DNA from: Torpedo marmorata
Lineage: Eukaryota
Direction of reading: 5' to 3'
Length of the DNA: 64,000 nucleotides
Assembly: GCA_977017645.1 (NCBI GenBank)
Contig: OZ360222.1
Coordinates: 179,614,001 to 179,678,000, forward strand
A model generated the notes under the pieces. That model searched no databases and was not told where the DNA came from. It worked only from the letters and a program-made list of their open reading frames with translations. Positions 48,141 through 62,054 of this stretch are shown piece by piece; the stretch's first letter is position 1; the number at the start of each line of letters is the position of its first letter. The position numbers and the translations under genes were made by a program.

Positions 48141-49210
48141 GAAGCCAGAGGTAATGCTGCTTTTACGTGCTTTTAAAATACAAACTTAACCGTTGTTAAT
48201 TACAGGCTATTAACACACCAAAAGTCCTGCCAGACAGGTTTTAGCACCACAATTGGCTTTTTCAATTAAGCAGGATATACTCTGAAACACCACAGGCAAT
48301 GAAGGATATTTTGTACAATTTCAACAAAAATACGGGAAGAGGCCCAGATTTCCCATATATTCGATCTTCCGATTTATTCTGCTTGTTATCATTAGTTATC
48401 ATTTGGCCATTTAAATGAGTTTGGCAACATAAATGCTCTTTTGGCAGAAAGTTGAATGAAGCTGTAACTTTAAGGAGTCAATAAAATTCTGATTTGGTAC
48501 ATACAAGGCTGAAGATCAGCATCAAAGAACCGGAAAGATGAAAGGTTTATGGTGGCTATGAAACTGCCTGTTGGAAGCATCTGATTTTAAAGATCAAACT
48601 GTACCTCACAAGAAAAGGTGACATTAAAACCACGCTCATCTGTTGCACCTTTTCTGACCTATTGTGTCCCCACACAGGGTGCTCTTCCTTTGAAATTTAT
48701 TAAGTGTTTGCATAACGGCACTTCAATAAACACCATGCAGTGCTTTCCCATATCCTGGGAAAATCCATTACGTATGTCACGTTACCTTGTGAAAAATAGA
48801 ACAATTTGCTGACTTTGATCCTTACAAGGGCAAGATGACCTGCAATCACAGCAACATTCAGTGGGCAATAGATTCATGTTACTGGATGCTGATGAATATT
48901 TCATTTGTAAAAAGCAGTTGTTTTATAAGTTTAATTGAAAGGATACTGCATGTATAAAATGGGATTGGCATGTTCCTTTAAAGATTTAGACAGGAAAGAG
49001 GAGGTGTGGCAACAAGGTAATGCACCTGGAATGTGGTTCAGAAGCTTTCCCCAAAGTTTAACTGATATGTTGTCACTTTGATTGCAATTAGATAAGGATT
49101 TATGAAGTTGGGGTAATGTGTTAGCACGGATAGAGGATTGGTTAACCAATAGAAGGCAGAGAGCTTGGATAAATGGATGGTTCTCTGGTTTGTTATCAGT
49201 GGTGAGCAGA

Positions 49211-50445
49211 TCTGTGGCTCGGTACATCAAAAACACCATCTACAAATTCTCTGACGATACCACAGTAGTGGGCTGTCTCATATGGGATGATGCGTCAGCA
49301 TACAGGAGGTTGAAAACTTGGCTGAATGGTGTATGAAACAGCAACCTTGCACTCAATGTCACCAAAACCAAAGAGCTGATTGTGGACTTTAGGAGGGGAA
49401 AACCAGAGGTGTACGATCCAGTGATCATTGGGGGATCAGAGGTGGAGAGGGTGAGCAAATTTAAATTTCTGCGAGTCACTATCTCGGAGGATCTTTTCCT
49501 GGACCCAACACACAAATGTCATCATGAAGAGAGCACATCAGCACCTCTACATGCTCAGGAGTTTGCAGAGGTTTGGTATGACATTGGAAACCTTGGCAAA
49601 CGTCTACAGATGTGCAGTGGAAAGTGTGCTAAGCATCATGGCCTGGTATGGGGCACCAATACCTCTGAGCGGAAAGCCCTGCAAAAGGTAGTGGACACAG
49701 CCCAGTACATCACAGGCAAAACTTTCCCCACCATCAAGAAAATCTACATGGAACACTGCCGTCGGAGAGCAGCAGCAATCGTCAAGGATCCACACCAGCC
49801 AGGACATGCTCTGTTCTTGCTGTTGCCATCAAGAAAGAGGTATAGGTAACACAAGACTCATACCATAAGAAGTAAAACATGAAAGTCTGCAGACACCATG
49901 GTTGAAGTAAAAACACAATGCTGGAAAAACTCAGCAGGTCAAACCGTGTCCTTTATATAGCAAAGATAAAGATATACAACCGATGTTTCGGGTTTGAGCC
50001 CTTCATCAAGGTATGGAAAAATACCTTGATGAAGGGCTCAAGCCCAAAATGTCAGTTATGTATCTTTATCTTTGCTATATAAAGGACACTGTTTGACCTG
50101 CTGAGTTTCTCCAGCATTGTGTTTTTACAAGACTCATACCACCAGGTTCAGGAGCAGTTGCAACCCCTCCACCTTCAGACTCCTAAACAACAAACTCAAT
50201 CAGAGACTCATTTAAGACTCTTACTTTGCACGTTATTTATTATTGAATGTTTATTTTCTGTATTGCACAGTCAGTTTGTTTACATTTCATTCTTTGTTTA
50301 CATTTCTCTCTTTTGTATAAGTATCTTTTCTTAAGACAGTTTTTTGCACTACTGATAAGTAGAAATTCTGCCTGGCCTGCAGAAAAAGAATCTCAGGGTT
50401 GTGTGTAATGTTGTGTATGAACTCTGACAATAAATCTGAACTTTG
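49211..50445 (+). mobile_element. Rex/Babar-like LINE 3' part
   Basis: KFSDDTTVVG...LNVTKTKELIVDFRR...KDPHQPGHALFLLLPS; tail tgacaataaatctgaac. Confidence 0.9.
49866..50128. mobile_element. Inverted (palindromic) Penelope terminal-repeat insertion
   Basis: 108-bp arms 49907-50014 / 50021-50128 with a 6-nt spacer; flanking duplication acaagactcatacca (49851-49865 / 50127-50141). Confidence 0.9.
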
Positions 50446-51046
50446 AATGCCGCAGGGATCGTGCTGGGCCTGCAAATGTTCAAAGTTCATTTTAGGTTCC
50501 GAGGTTCCTTTTAATGTCACGTAATAATATACATAAAAATGTAATCTATATGATATACTTCAACTTTTGTCTGCCATAAGGCAAACAAAGAGTCGCCTTA
50601 AGCATTGCCTGGCACCCCTAACAATAGACGAAAGAGAAGCAAAAGAAAATCCCAGATTTGATATCTGGTTTCCATCAGCCAGTCTCCAGCAGCCCTCAGC
50701 TTGTGTGGGGCCTTCACCCGCAATTCACCAACCGCCCTGAGCCTGTGTGGGTCCTTCAGCCGCTGAGATCCTCGCTGGTTCGCTGCCTTGTTCACCTTCC
50801 CTGTAGGGTCGTCGCCATGCTTCTCCTTCTCATCAGAAGGTGTTCTCCCTGCGCCAGTCCGCTGTTCACCCAGAGTCTGCAACCCCTTTTGGTACCATGC
50901 CTAGCACAGATGCTTCCATCTTGAGCACAGGCCTTTGTGGTTGCAAGATTTAAAAAAGCACCATCAGCTTCTTTAACAAGGCCATTTGGAAGCTAAGCAG
51001 GCACAGGACTGGTCAGTACTTGGAGGGGAGACTGCCAAGGAACACC

Positions 51047-51184
51047 AGGTGCTGTAGGTTTCTGTGAGGGGCGCTGGACAAAGTAGCGACCCTCTGTCTG
51101 CCTTACGGTAGACAAAAATTAAAGAATTTCATGTATGTCACATTCTAAATGTAGTATTACGTGACAATAATGGAACCTTTACCT
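51047..51184 (+). mobile_element. Short retroposon 3' end with (ccttta)n tail; near-identical copy at 59995-60146
   Basis: caggtgctgtaggtttctgtgagg...gtgacaataatggaacctttacct is shared by both copies. Confidence 0.75.
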
Positions 51185-51556
51185 TGTAGCCGACTGCTAC
51201 GAAGAAACACACACACACAGTGTGGAAGGTTAAGCTCTCTCCTCTATTCAGGCTGGAAATGCTTCTTTTATACAGTTGGAGTTCCCGCAGTTTGGTTGAT
51301 ATCAGTCGCATGAATAACAATAGCGGGTGGGAACGTTCTTGCATATGAATACCCTTCTTCCCCAGCCTGGTATTGATCTGTTAGCTGGGCAGCTTGGCCA
51401 GCGCCATTTTAGGGCTGCTGGTCTTGTACTGCTCCAGCTTTCAACCGCGCCGGTTCGCTATGCTAAGGGTCGCGTTACAGTGTGTTATGCTGCCGTTTAT
51501 TACCGCGCGCGCCGCACGGTGGGCTGGCTCAATCTCCGCAGTGGCGGGCCACCACA
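51185..51556 (-). mobile_element. Solo LTR
   Basis: TG...CA ends, 4-bp TSD acct (51181-51184 / 51557-51560), minus-strand TATAAAA at ~51266-51272; inserted in the (ccttta)n tail. Confidence 0.7.
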
Positions 51557-51719
51557 ACCTTTACTTTACCTTTAAAGCCCGTATGGAGCCGTCAGTGTCA
51601 TGACTGGGCAGTAGGACCCTGCAGAACAGCGCTGTGCCTCCGCTTCCCACTCTCCCGTGTCCACACCAGCGACAACGGTGCCATTTTTGTTCACAATGTA
51701 CATTAATGAATGAAAGAGG

Positions 51720-52585
51720 GGACTGACTGTACAGTATCTAAATTTGGTAATGTCACTAAATTGAGTAAAAAAGCGAATTGTACAGAAGATGTGGAGAGTC
51801 TGCAGAGAGATGTAGATAGACTAAGTGGCAAAGTTCTGGCAGATGAAGTACAATGAGGCAAATGAGAGGACATCCACTTTGGAAGGAAAAATAGATCAGA
51901 TTATTACTTAAATAGTGAAAGATTGCAGCATGGTGTTGTGCAGAGGGACTTAAGAGTGCTTGTGCATGAATCGCAAAAGGTTGATTTGCAGATGCAACAG
52001 GTAATCAAGAAAGCAAATGAGCATTCATTGCTGGAGGAATTGAATTTAAGAGCAGGAAAGTTCTGCAGCAACTGTACAGGGTAGTTGTGAGGCTGCACCT
52101 GGAGTACTGTGTGCAGTTCTGGTCTACTTACTTGAATAAAGATATTCTAGTTTTGGAGGCAGTGCAGAGGAAGTTCACCAGGTTGATTCCAGAGATAAGG
52201 GGGTTAGCCGATGAGGAGAGGTAGATTGAGTCACCTGGGACTATAATTGCAGGAATTTAGAAGAATGAGAGGGGATCTTATAGAAACATATAAAATCATG
52301 AAAGGGAAAGATAAGATAGATGCCGGAAAGTTGTTTCCACATGAGGAAGAATTGCTTCTCCCAGAGAATAGTGAATCTGGAATTCTCTGCCCAAGAAAGT
52401 AGTAGAGGCTGCCTCATTGAATATATAGAGTTAGGTATTTTTTTGCGAAGTTGAGGGATTGAGAGTTAAGGGGAAAAAGCAGGTGATGGAGCTGAGTCCA
52501 CGACTAGATCAGCCATGATCTTTTTAATTGGCGGAGCAGGCTCGACAGGCCAGATGGCCAACTCCTGGTCCTATTTCTTATGCAT
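51720..52585 (+). mobile_element. Degenerate CR1 3' fragment
   Basis: LQRDVDRL...RDL.VLVH...LHLEYCVQFWS...RMRGDLIETYKI and a CR1 3' UTR. Confidence 0.85.
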
Positions 52586-52644
52586 GTTCTAATTGGCAAT
52601 GTTTGCAATTATATTAACATCTCTGTCAAGTTTCAATTTATTAT

Positions 52645-54330
52645 CTTTATTTTTCAATCTTTATTGATTTTTATAAGAAATACAATACAATGAAGAAAAG
52701 GGAACGAAATTGAAAATACAATATCACATATGTATATATATTAAAATAAAACTTCAAACAGTATAAACTCGGTCCCCCCTCCACTGCAATAGGTGACAAT
52801 GAAAAAAACCATCAAGAGTATTATATATATATATATAAAAAAACATCACCTAACCTACTCTAATAAAAAAAACAACTAACCAAAAACAGCTGAGCAGCTT
52901 ATCCTGAGGGTTATATATATTTTGTAATTTTTGGTTCCTACCGTAAATCAAAAAACAAAGGAAGAGTAAATACATCTAATCATATTAGAAACACTTACAT
53001 CATATGAAAATAAGACATAAAAGGTCTCCATGTATCTTCAAATTTCACCGATGAATCAAATACATGATATCTAATTTTTTCTTTTTTAAAAACTATTTTA
53101 TTTTCATTTTTAACAAACAATGAAACAAAATACTTCAAAAACAGATATCACATTATATAGTAATACAATAAAAGTAACATATATAATAAAAAAAATAAAA
53201 TTAAAATAAAAAACCCAATTATCCCAAACCTTCCCCCCAAAAGAAAAAAAAACAAACTGAACAAAACAAATGGTCGACAATGTTTATATAATTAATAATT
53301 TCAAATATATAAAAGAAAAACTCCAAGGCTTCCCGGCAACAGGGCTTATCGCGTGAAGGAACCCAGAACAAATTAATACAAATCTTCTTTGATTTAATTT
53401 ATCCTGAACCCAAATAATCTAATTTTTTCTAATCTTAAACAAGACATAATATGAGAAAACCATTGAAACACTGTTGGAGGTCTAGAGTCTTTCCATTTGA
53501 ATAGGATGGCTCTTCTAGCCAACAATGTAGAGAAGGTCACAACCCGTTGAACAGGTACAGAAAAACTCCCTATGTCTGGGTCAATAACCCCAAAAAGAGC
53601 AGTTATTGGATTGGGTCGTAGCTCCACCTGGAGTATAGTTGAAAAGATATTAAAAATTTCTTTCCAATAGTTTTCTAAGGATGAACAAGATCAAAACATA
53701 TGTGACAATGTAGCAATTTCAGATTTGCATCTGTCACAAATAGGGTTAATATTAGAAAAAATACTAGCCAATTTATCTTTGGACATGTGAACACGATGAA
53801 CCACTTTGAATTGGATTAATGAATGTCGGGCACATATAGAAGATGTATTTACCAATTTAAAAATCTTGTCCCATAGATCCTCAGATAAGGATCTTGCAAG
53901 TTCCAGTTCCCAAGCCTTTTTAATCTTATCATGAAGTACTGGATGTAATTTTAATAATCTATCATATATAATTCCAATTAATCCTTTCTGAGAAGGATTC
54001 AATTGAAAAATATTATCAACTAAATCTGGTGGATATATAAATGGAAAATCCCATAATATGATATTTAAGAAATTTCTAATCTGTAAATATCTAAAAAAAA
54101 TGAGTATTTGGTTAGTCATATTTACTTACAAGCTGTTCAAAGGACATTAAACAACCTTCCTTAAATAAATTTGCAAAAGAAACAATACCTCTGATTTTCC
54201 ATATAGAGAAAAATTGATCAATTATTGATGGTCGAAAAAAATAGTTATGAGAGATAGCACTAGATAAGACAAAGTTTTTTAAATTAAAAAATTTCCTAAA
54301 TTGGAACCAGATTCGTAATGTATTGGATTA
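52645..54330 (-). mobile_element. 5'-truncated L1 with a second L1-like 3' end nested at ~53083-53415
   Basis: ORFs 53691..54119 (FFRYLQIR...IQFKVVHR...CDRCK...HMF) and 53394..53627 (ARRAILFKWK...LEKIR). Duplication atctaatttttt flanks the inner piece. Confidence 0.88.
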
Positions 54331-54804
54331 GATATATTCCTATTGATTCAATTTATTATCATGCAAAGGCAAACAAAGAGTTGCCAAGTCATCCAACGCC
54401 ATTAAAATAATGATAATGAATTTATTGTCCCATACATTGTACAATGTACATATGCACCAAAATTCTTCCTTCAATAAGAAAGAGAAGCAAAAGAGATCCT
54501 CAGCGACATCTTGCCGCCACCTCCTGTGCCCCAATAACCTTTGTAGCTGTGTCACATGTTGTTCAGTGGTGAACCAGAGCTCGAGCCCTGTATCAAGATT
54601 GCACTTCCCTAACCCCTGGTTCCAGATCCCCGAATCATTAGGCAGATGATGGCACCCACAGCCTTCTGGGAGGCTTGCACGATTCCTGGTTCCCAGAAGC
54701 TGGTTACCATTAGCGTATGGCTGGTGTGAGGCCTTTAGCATTGAAGTATCTCTTTGGCTTAAAAGTGCTCTGGACATCCTGAAACTACAAGGGCAGTATA
54801 AAAT

Positions 54805-55340
54805 GTATATTTTTGTGTTCAGTTCTGGTCACCTCATTACAGGAAAGGTGTGGAAGCTATGGAAAGGGTGCAGAGGAGATTTACCGGGATGTTGCCTGGA
54901 TTGGAAAATATGTCTTATGAGGCAAGGTTGACAGAGCTAGGGCTTTTCTCTTTGGTGCAAAGAAGGGTGAGAGGTGACTTAATAGAGGTTTACAAGATTC
55001 TGAGAGGCATAGATAAGGTGGACAGCCAGCGCCTTTTCCCCCGAGCGGGAGTAGCAAACTCCAGAGGACATCTGTACAAAGTGAAGTTTAGGGGAGACGT
55101 CAGTGGTAAGTTTTTATACAGAGAGTTGTGGGTGCCTGGAATGCATTGCCAGGGGTGGTAGTGGAGGCTGGAACAATAGGACAATAGGGGCATTTAAGTG
55201 ACTCTTAGACAGGCACATGGATGAAAGAAAAATAGAGGGTTATGAAGTGGGGAGGGTTCCGTTTTTTTTTGGTAGGTATATATGGGTCGGCACAACATCG
55301 TGGGCCGAAGAGCCTGTACTTTGTTGTAATGTTCTATTTG
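54805..55340 (+). mobile_element. 5'-truncated CR1
   Basis: ERVQRRFTGMLPGLE...RGDLIEVYKIL and 3' UTR. Confidence 0.9.
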
Positions 55341-55654
55341 GTTAATATAATCAAATTGAGAGAAACTCGTCAGATTCTCACATGCCTGGCCCTATCCCAT
55401 GCCTTTTTTGATGCCTTGGTGTTAATCAGCTCCTTCTATCCCTTCTTGGAAATCTCTGTTGAACAATTTTCTTCAGTTTAATACAGAGGACTGATCAGGT
55501 GCTGCAGATCCACTAATAATTGCCAACCTAATCCCATGATCGTCTTATTTGACCAGGAATCAATCTAACACTTTTTTAAAGAGGAGAAAAAATGTTAGAC
55601 ATCAAGAACTTTGCACAAAGTGTAAAACTAACAGGCATTTAGTTTCACCCTTTT

Positions 55655-55960
55655 CAAATAAAGACACAACATTAGCCACCTTCCAATCTTCTGCTACTTC
55701 ACCTGTGGCTAAGAAATACAAACATCTCTGTCAAGGCTCCAGCAATTTTTTCCCTTGCTTCCCACAGGATTGTTGGATACATCTTGTCAAGACCCGAAGA
55801 TTTATCCACCTTCATGTGCGACAAGACTGCCAACACCTCTTTCGTAATATCGACATAATCCAGGACATCACTGTCCTCTTCCTCGAATTCTCTGTCTTCC
55901 ACAACGTTCATAGTAATACAGGTTAGAAGTATTTATTTAAAATCCCATGCATCTCCCTCA
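55655..55960 (-). mobile_element. CR1 ORF2 internal fragment
   Basis: ITKEVLAVLSHMKVDKSSGLD.MYP.ILWEAREKIAGAL. Confidence 0.8.
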
Positions 55961-58900
55961 TTTTAAACCCCTAAGCCCCTAATAATCAATTGCCAAAAAC
56001 AGAGGAAAGCTCATTAAGGATAGAGAAGCAGTCAGAGCATCTTTGAAGGATTACAATGCAGAACTCGTCAAACGAGACTTTGTACTGTACTTGAAGCAGA
56101 TGTTCTTGGCTCCACCCCACAGCACACTATCCACTTCAGGCTCAAAATCACAACTGAACAATAAGAAGGTGAAAGCATCAATGTCTTTGGAATCAACAGT
56201 ATCCCGACTGAAGCTTTAAAACTTGGCATTAGAAACCTCAACATAAATTTGTACCCTTGTCGCTAACATCTGGCAAGAGTATATGCTGGGGACACCAGAG
56301 ATACCTTAATTCTGTATCACAAGATCACAAGATAAAGGAACAGAAGTAGGCCATTCGGCCCATCGAGTCTACTCCACAACTCCACCCTAAGCTAAACTGT
56401 TCTCACATCTAATTCCAATTTCTGGCCTTTTCCCTATATCCCTTGATACCCTGACTAATCAGATACCTATCAATCTCCTCCTTAAAATTCCCCAATGATT
56501 GGGCCTCCACAGCTGTATGTGGCAACGAATTCCACAAATCCATGACCCTCTGGCTAAAGAAATTCCTCCTCATCTCGGTTCTAAAAACCTTCTAATTCTA
56601 AGACTGTGCCCTCTTGTCCTGGATTCACCCACCAAGGGAAACATCTTATTTCCATCTACTCTATCCAATCCTTTCAGCATTCGAAATGTTTCTATGAGAT
56701 CCCCTCTCATTCTTCTATACTCCAATGAATACAGTCCAAGAGCTGCTAAACGTTCCTCATATGTTAGCCCTTGCATTCCAGGAATCATCCTGGTAAATCT
56801 TCGCTGTACTCTCGCTCCAACATCATTACATCCCTTCTAAGATAAGGGGCCCAAAACTGCACACAGTAATCCAAATGAGGTCTCGCCAGTGCCCCATAGA
56901 GCCTCATCAACACCTTTTTACTCTTTTACACTATTGCTCTTGAAATGAATGCCAACATATCATTCGCTTTCTTTACTGCCGATCCAACCTGGTGGTTAAC
57001 CTTTAGGTTATCCTGCACGAGGACCCCCAAGTCCCTTTGCACTTCCGAATTTTGAATTTTCTCCCCATCCAAATAATAATCTGCCTGTTTATTTCCTCTT
57101 CCAAAATGTATAACCGTACATTTCTCAACATTGTATCTCATCTGCCATTTCTTTGCCCACTCTCCTAAGCTGTCCAAGTCTCTCTGCAACCTTTCGGTTT
57201 CTTCAACACTTCTTACTCCACCACCTATCTTGGTGTCAACTGAAAACTTAGCCACAAAACCATTCAATCCATAATTTAAATCATCAATATACATTGTAAA
57301 AAGAAGCGGCCCCAACACCAACCCTTGTGGAACACCACTAGTAACCGGCAACCAAACAGAACAGGATCCCTTTATTCCCACCCTTTGCTTCCTGCCTATC
57401 AGCCAATGCTCCACCCAATCTCATATCTTTCCTGTAATTCCTTGGGCTCTCATCTTATTAAGCAGCCTCTTTATGCGGCACCTTATCAAAGGCCTTTTGA
57501 AAATCCAAATACACAACATCCACAGCCTCTCCCTTGTCCATCCTACTTGAGATTACCTCAAAAAATTCCAATAGGTTGGTCAGGCAAGATCTTCCCTTCA
57601 TGAAACCCTGCTGGCTTGGACCTATCATGTCATGCATCTCGAGATATTTCATAACCTCGTCCTTGAGGATCGACTCCAATAACTTTCCAATTACCGACGT
57701 CAGACTAATAGGCCTATAATTTCCTTTTTTCTGCCTCCCTCCTTTGTTAAACAGCGGAACTACATTAGCGACCTTCCAATCCTCCGGAACCATGCCGGAG
57801 TCTATTGATTTCTGGAAAATCATTTCCAATGCCTCTACAATCTCCAAAGCCACCTCCTTCAGAACCCGTGGGTACACCTCATCCAGTCAGGGAGACTTAT
57901 CTATCTTTAGTCCATTCAGCAAACCAAGCACTATCTCTCTAGTAATCCTGACTGTACTTAATTCTTTTCCCTGAGACCTCTGACTATCAGGTATATTGCT
58001 ATTGTCTTCCTCAGTGAAGGCTGACGCAAAATACTCATTTAGTTCCTCGGCCATTTCTTTGTTACCCATTATAATTCCTCCAGCATCATTTTCAATTAGT
58101 CGTATATCTACTCGTGTCTCTCTTTTACTCTTTATATATTTAAAAATAATTCTTAGTATCCTTTTGTATGTTATTTGCTGACTTCCTTTCATAATTCATC
58201 TTTTCTTTCCTAATGACTTTCCTTGTCTCTTTCTGTAAGTTTTAAAAAGTTTCCCAGTCCTCTGTTTTTCCACTAATTTTTGCTTCCTTGTATGCCCTCC
58301 CTTTTGCTTTTATTTTAGCCTTAACCTCTCTTGTTAGCCACATTTGTGCCATTTTTCCATTCATAATTTTCTTTTTTCTTGGAATATATCTATCCTGCAC
58401 TTTCTTTATTTCTTGTAGAAATATCATCCAATTCTGCTCTGCTGTCCCTCCATCTAGCTTACTTTTCCAGTCAACTTGGGCCAGTTCCTCTCTCATACCA
58501 CTGTAATTTCCTTTGTTCCATGAAATATTGACACACCTTATATCAGCTTTTCCTTTTCAAATTTGAATCTGAACTCGATCATATTATGATCACTACTTCC
58601 TAAGGGTTCCATTACCTTTAATTCCCTAATCACCTCAGGTTCATTACACATCACCCAATCCAAAACCGCCGATCCCCTGGTGGGCTTATCGACAAGCTGT
58701 TCCAAAAAGCCACCCTGTAGGCATTCTACAAACTCTCTCTCCTGAGATCCAGTACCTTCCTGACTTTCTCAATCCCCTTTCATGTTAAAATCCCCCATAA
58801 TTATTTTGACATTTTCCTTCTGACACGCTTTTTCTATTTCCATCTGTAACTCGTAGTCCACTTCCCGGCTGCTGTTTGGGGGCCTGTATATATCTGCCAT

Positions 58901-59026
58901 TTCTAAACTCAACCCATAAGGATTCTACCACTTCTGACCTTATGTCCCTTCTTTCTAGTGATTTAATATAATTGCTTACCATCAGGGCCACGCCACCCCT
59001 GCCTATCTTTCCTATACACTGTGTAC

Positions 59027-59173
59027 TGTTACAAAATCAAACCAGCAACGACAGAAGACGCAATGCAAAAGGGGTAAAATTGAAATTTATATTTATTAAA
59101 CACAATTAAACATATAATTTCACAACAATTAACCCCACTATAAACGTCTATAAACACTATTCTTATCTAAAAG

Positions 59174-59204
<31 letters not shown>

Positions 59205-59816
59205 GCCCAGACCATTACAGTCTGTGCCCAACCCTTATGTAAAAATGGAAAAACTTTCCCCAAAAACCCCAGGTCAGTCATAAAAAACAAGTCAGTCAAA
59301 AAAAGAATAATACAGTCCACAAAATTCACTCTCTAAATTCAGGTTTCAAATTCAGCTCTGTGTCTGGTAGAAGTACTTCTAAATGAACGTTGGAGAGAGA
59401 CAATGACTGTTTATGCTTACAAATACTTGTTTTTCTTCTCTGATGACGTTCCCTTCTTGTGTTTTCATAAGGATTGCGAGTTCAGATCAGTATACCACTG
59501 ATTAAGGCGTGTGCTTGGATCTCACAGCTAGTCTCGCTGATCTCACGCCTGTTCTCCACAGAAGTTGCTTTATGTCAGAATTTCTCTGAGACAGGAGGCC
59601 ATGTGCTATTCTGCCAGTCTTTTCTCTGGGATGCACAAGCCTGGATTTGGCTGTGTTCTCTCGCCTTTGCAACTCCCAACTGTCTGCTTTTTGCAGAGGT
59701 CTGCACCTGCTTTTGCAAAAGTGCAACAATGTATCTTTTCCACAGTCTGTCTCTCTCTGCTCTCTCTCTCTCTCTCTCTCTGGGTACACCAAGTCCTGGG
59801 CAAGTTAACTCTTTCA
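59027..59816 (-). mobile_element. Solo LTR (790 bp)
   Basis: TG...CA ends, 4-bp TSD gtac (59023-59026 / 59817-59820); minus strand begins TGAAAGAG and has AATAAA near 59092. Contains (gt)n and (ct)n tracts. Confidence 0.8.
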
Positions 59817-59994
59817 GTACCTGGCCCCAGTGTATACTCCAAAATACTTCATCCTTCCTGCTGACTGTCCGCAGTCCAAATGGTCAGTCATGGTCCATAA
59901 CAGTACCCTTGGACATTCAGCTCCCAATCACATCCATCATTAAGCCATGTCTCGGTGATGGCCACAATGTCATTTCTTTTAATCTGTAGCTGAA

Positions 59995-60146
59995 CAGGTG
60001 CTGTAGGTTTCTGTGAGGTGCGCTGGACAAAATAGCGACCCTTTGTCTGCCTTACGGTAGACAAAAATTAAAGAATTTCATGTATGTTACATTCTAAATG
60101 TAGTATTATGTGACAATAATGGAACCTTTACCTTTACCTTTACCTT
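59995..60146 (+). mobile_element. Short retroposon 3' end with (ccttta)n tail inserted in the CR1
   Basis: Near-identical to 51047-51184; interrupts the CR1 APE N-terminus. Confidence 0.75.
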
Positions 60147-61814
60147 TTACAACAAGGTCATCTACTTTATTCCTAACGCTCCGTGCATTTAAGTACAGTA
60201 CACTTAGACCAGTATCTGTTACCGATTTTGCTGTATTTCTATTGTACTGCAAATTACCCTGTCTTTTCACCTGCCTGTCCTTTTTGTCATTTTTGCTGCA
60301 CATTATTTTTACTTTTGTCTATTTTCCTCTTTCTCGACCCTAACACCCTGCTTCCCTTCTACTCTAATCTCTGCACTCACATTTTGTATATGTATATGGT
60401 AGAGTGGGCAGGAGGTTGACTGAAAATGCTGAATATAAAGTTTATTTTATCTTTAGTGTAAAACAATGTGTGAAATATCGTATGAAGTATGGCATAAAAT
60501 ACATTGACTTTTTATTGGTTGGCTTTAATCCAAACCAATATCTTGTTTGGGGCTACTTTGAGAAATAATGATACAGCACTGCAGAATGCTGAAATGCAGG
60601 TCTGTACTTGTATTTTCATGAATGCTGAGTTCCTGATTTTGATCATGCCATTATGAATGCTGCCAATTGGAAGCTTTCCACACTACAAATTAAACTGTCA
60701 AACTATTGTAATCGGGCTGTTAAATCTACTGTCTGGACACTGGTACAGCCTCCAAGTACTTTTTTTTCATTATAGAGTTAAAATGAAAGAGGAGAAATAA
60801 ATCATATTTATCAATAAAGAACCAGTATTGCCTCAGCTGATGTGTTGTGTCCTGTTCTGAAAGGGGATCTCGGAGAGGGGTCTTGGAGAGATTTTAGAGG
60901 AAATTAGAATGGAAGTGTTAATGGAGAACTTCAGTTCTAGTTTCCCTGGTCTTTCTACAAACTGATCCCCTTAGGTCAGAGAGGGTCAAGAGATTTCATG
61001 GAAGTCTTCAAAATTGATTTGTTAAACAGGGAGAATATTTCTATTGACAAAAGAACCAGTAATTGTGGTAATCTGCAGAAAATTTATTCTATAGAATGCT
61101 ATGATAATTTAAAATGCAATGTCAGAAAGGGCACATTTGACACAACTTGCAAAAGAGAATAGAAAAAAAAGATCTTAAATGGGTAAAATGTGTAGGGCTT
61201 CGAGAGTTCTATTCCATTGCACAAAATAGAAAACTTTCACTAGAGTTGGAACTGGCACCATGGTCTAATCTGCTTCATTCCATGACTCTAGCACTTAAAT
61301 AAATCTATACCCAGCACTACTGACACTCCATGATCCATATATGGGAGACTGGGCAGGAGGGTGACTGATAATACTGAATATGAAGCAAGATTGGCTTGAG
61401 CCCAAAGGCAGAGGAAATGGGACACGCAGAAAGTAATGGGAGGTGGATAGGAAAACATCTCTAAGCTATGTTTTGGCTATCTCTTTGTCACATTCAATCA
61501 ACAGCAAAGAAAATGGCACAAGATCTAAGATTGTTTTAGTTTTCATCAAAGCTGAAAACTGTTGTCTGTGTAAACATGCCTTATGATTTGGAATGGCCAT
61601 GCTGTTTCTAATAAAGTCCTGGAGTGATTTATGTTTGGTGAGCTTTTCTCAGCCCCTCTCCTGGCAGAGGAAGGGTGGAGGATAGTGAAGATTTAGAGTG
61701 GATAAAGAATACCAGAGTTGATATTGATAAGGGTACTAATTCTTGCACCTCATTTTTGGATTAAGTTGGTATGACCTCGCCCTCAACTTTCAGGAAGATT
61801 CTAAAAATAGAATT

Positions 61815-62054
61815 TAATTTTTTTTAAAATTTAGTCATACAGCACGGTAACAGACCATTTCGGCCCACGAGTCCGTGTTGCCCAATTTACACCAATTAAC
61901 CTACAAACCTGGTACGTTTCGAATGGTGCGAAAACCCACACAGACACGGGGAGAACGTACAAACTCCTTACAGACAGCACGGGATTCGAACCCCGGTCCC
62001 GATCACTGATGCTGTAAAGGCGTTACGCTAACCGCTACGCCAACCGTGCCGCCC
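61815..62054 (-). mobile_element. HE1/V-SINE-like SINE
   Basis: Minus strand gggcggcacggttggcgtagcggttagcg, B-box gggttcgaatcc, V-domain, CR1-type tail. Confidence 0.9.

Larger units (their letters stand above)
56317..60330 (-). mobile_element. CR1 LINE with fragmented, near full-length ORF2, interrupted by a solo LTR and a short retroposon
   Basis: LSVLYLNARSVRNKVDDL (APE start) through YLDFQKAFDKVPH, GVPQG and the C-terminus; (cacaagat)n tail at 56317. Confidence 0.92.

Noticed and set aside
59474-59989. 171-aa ORF
   Set aside because: It spans a solo LTR, a (ct)n tract and antisense CR1 sequence, with no recognisable domain.
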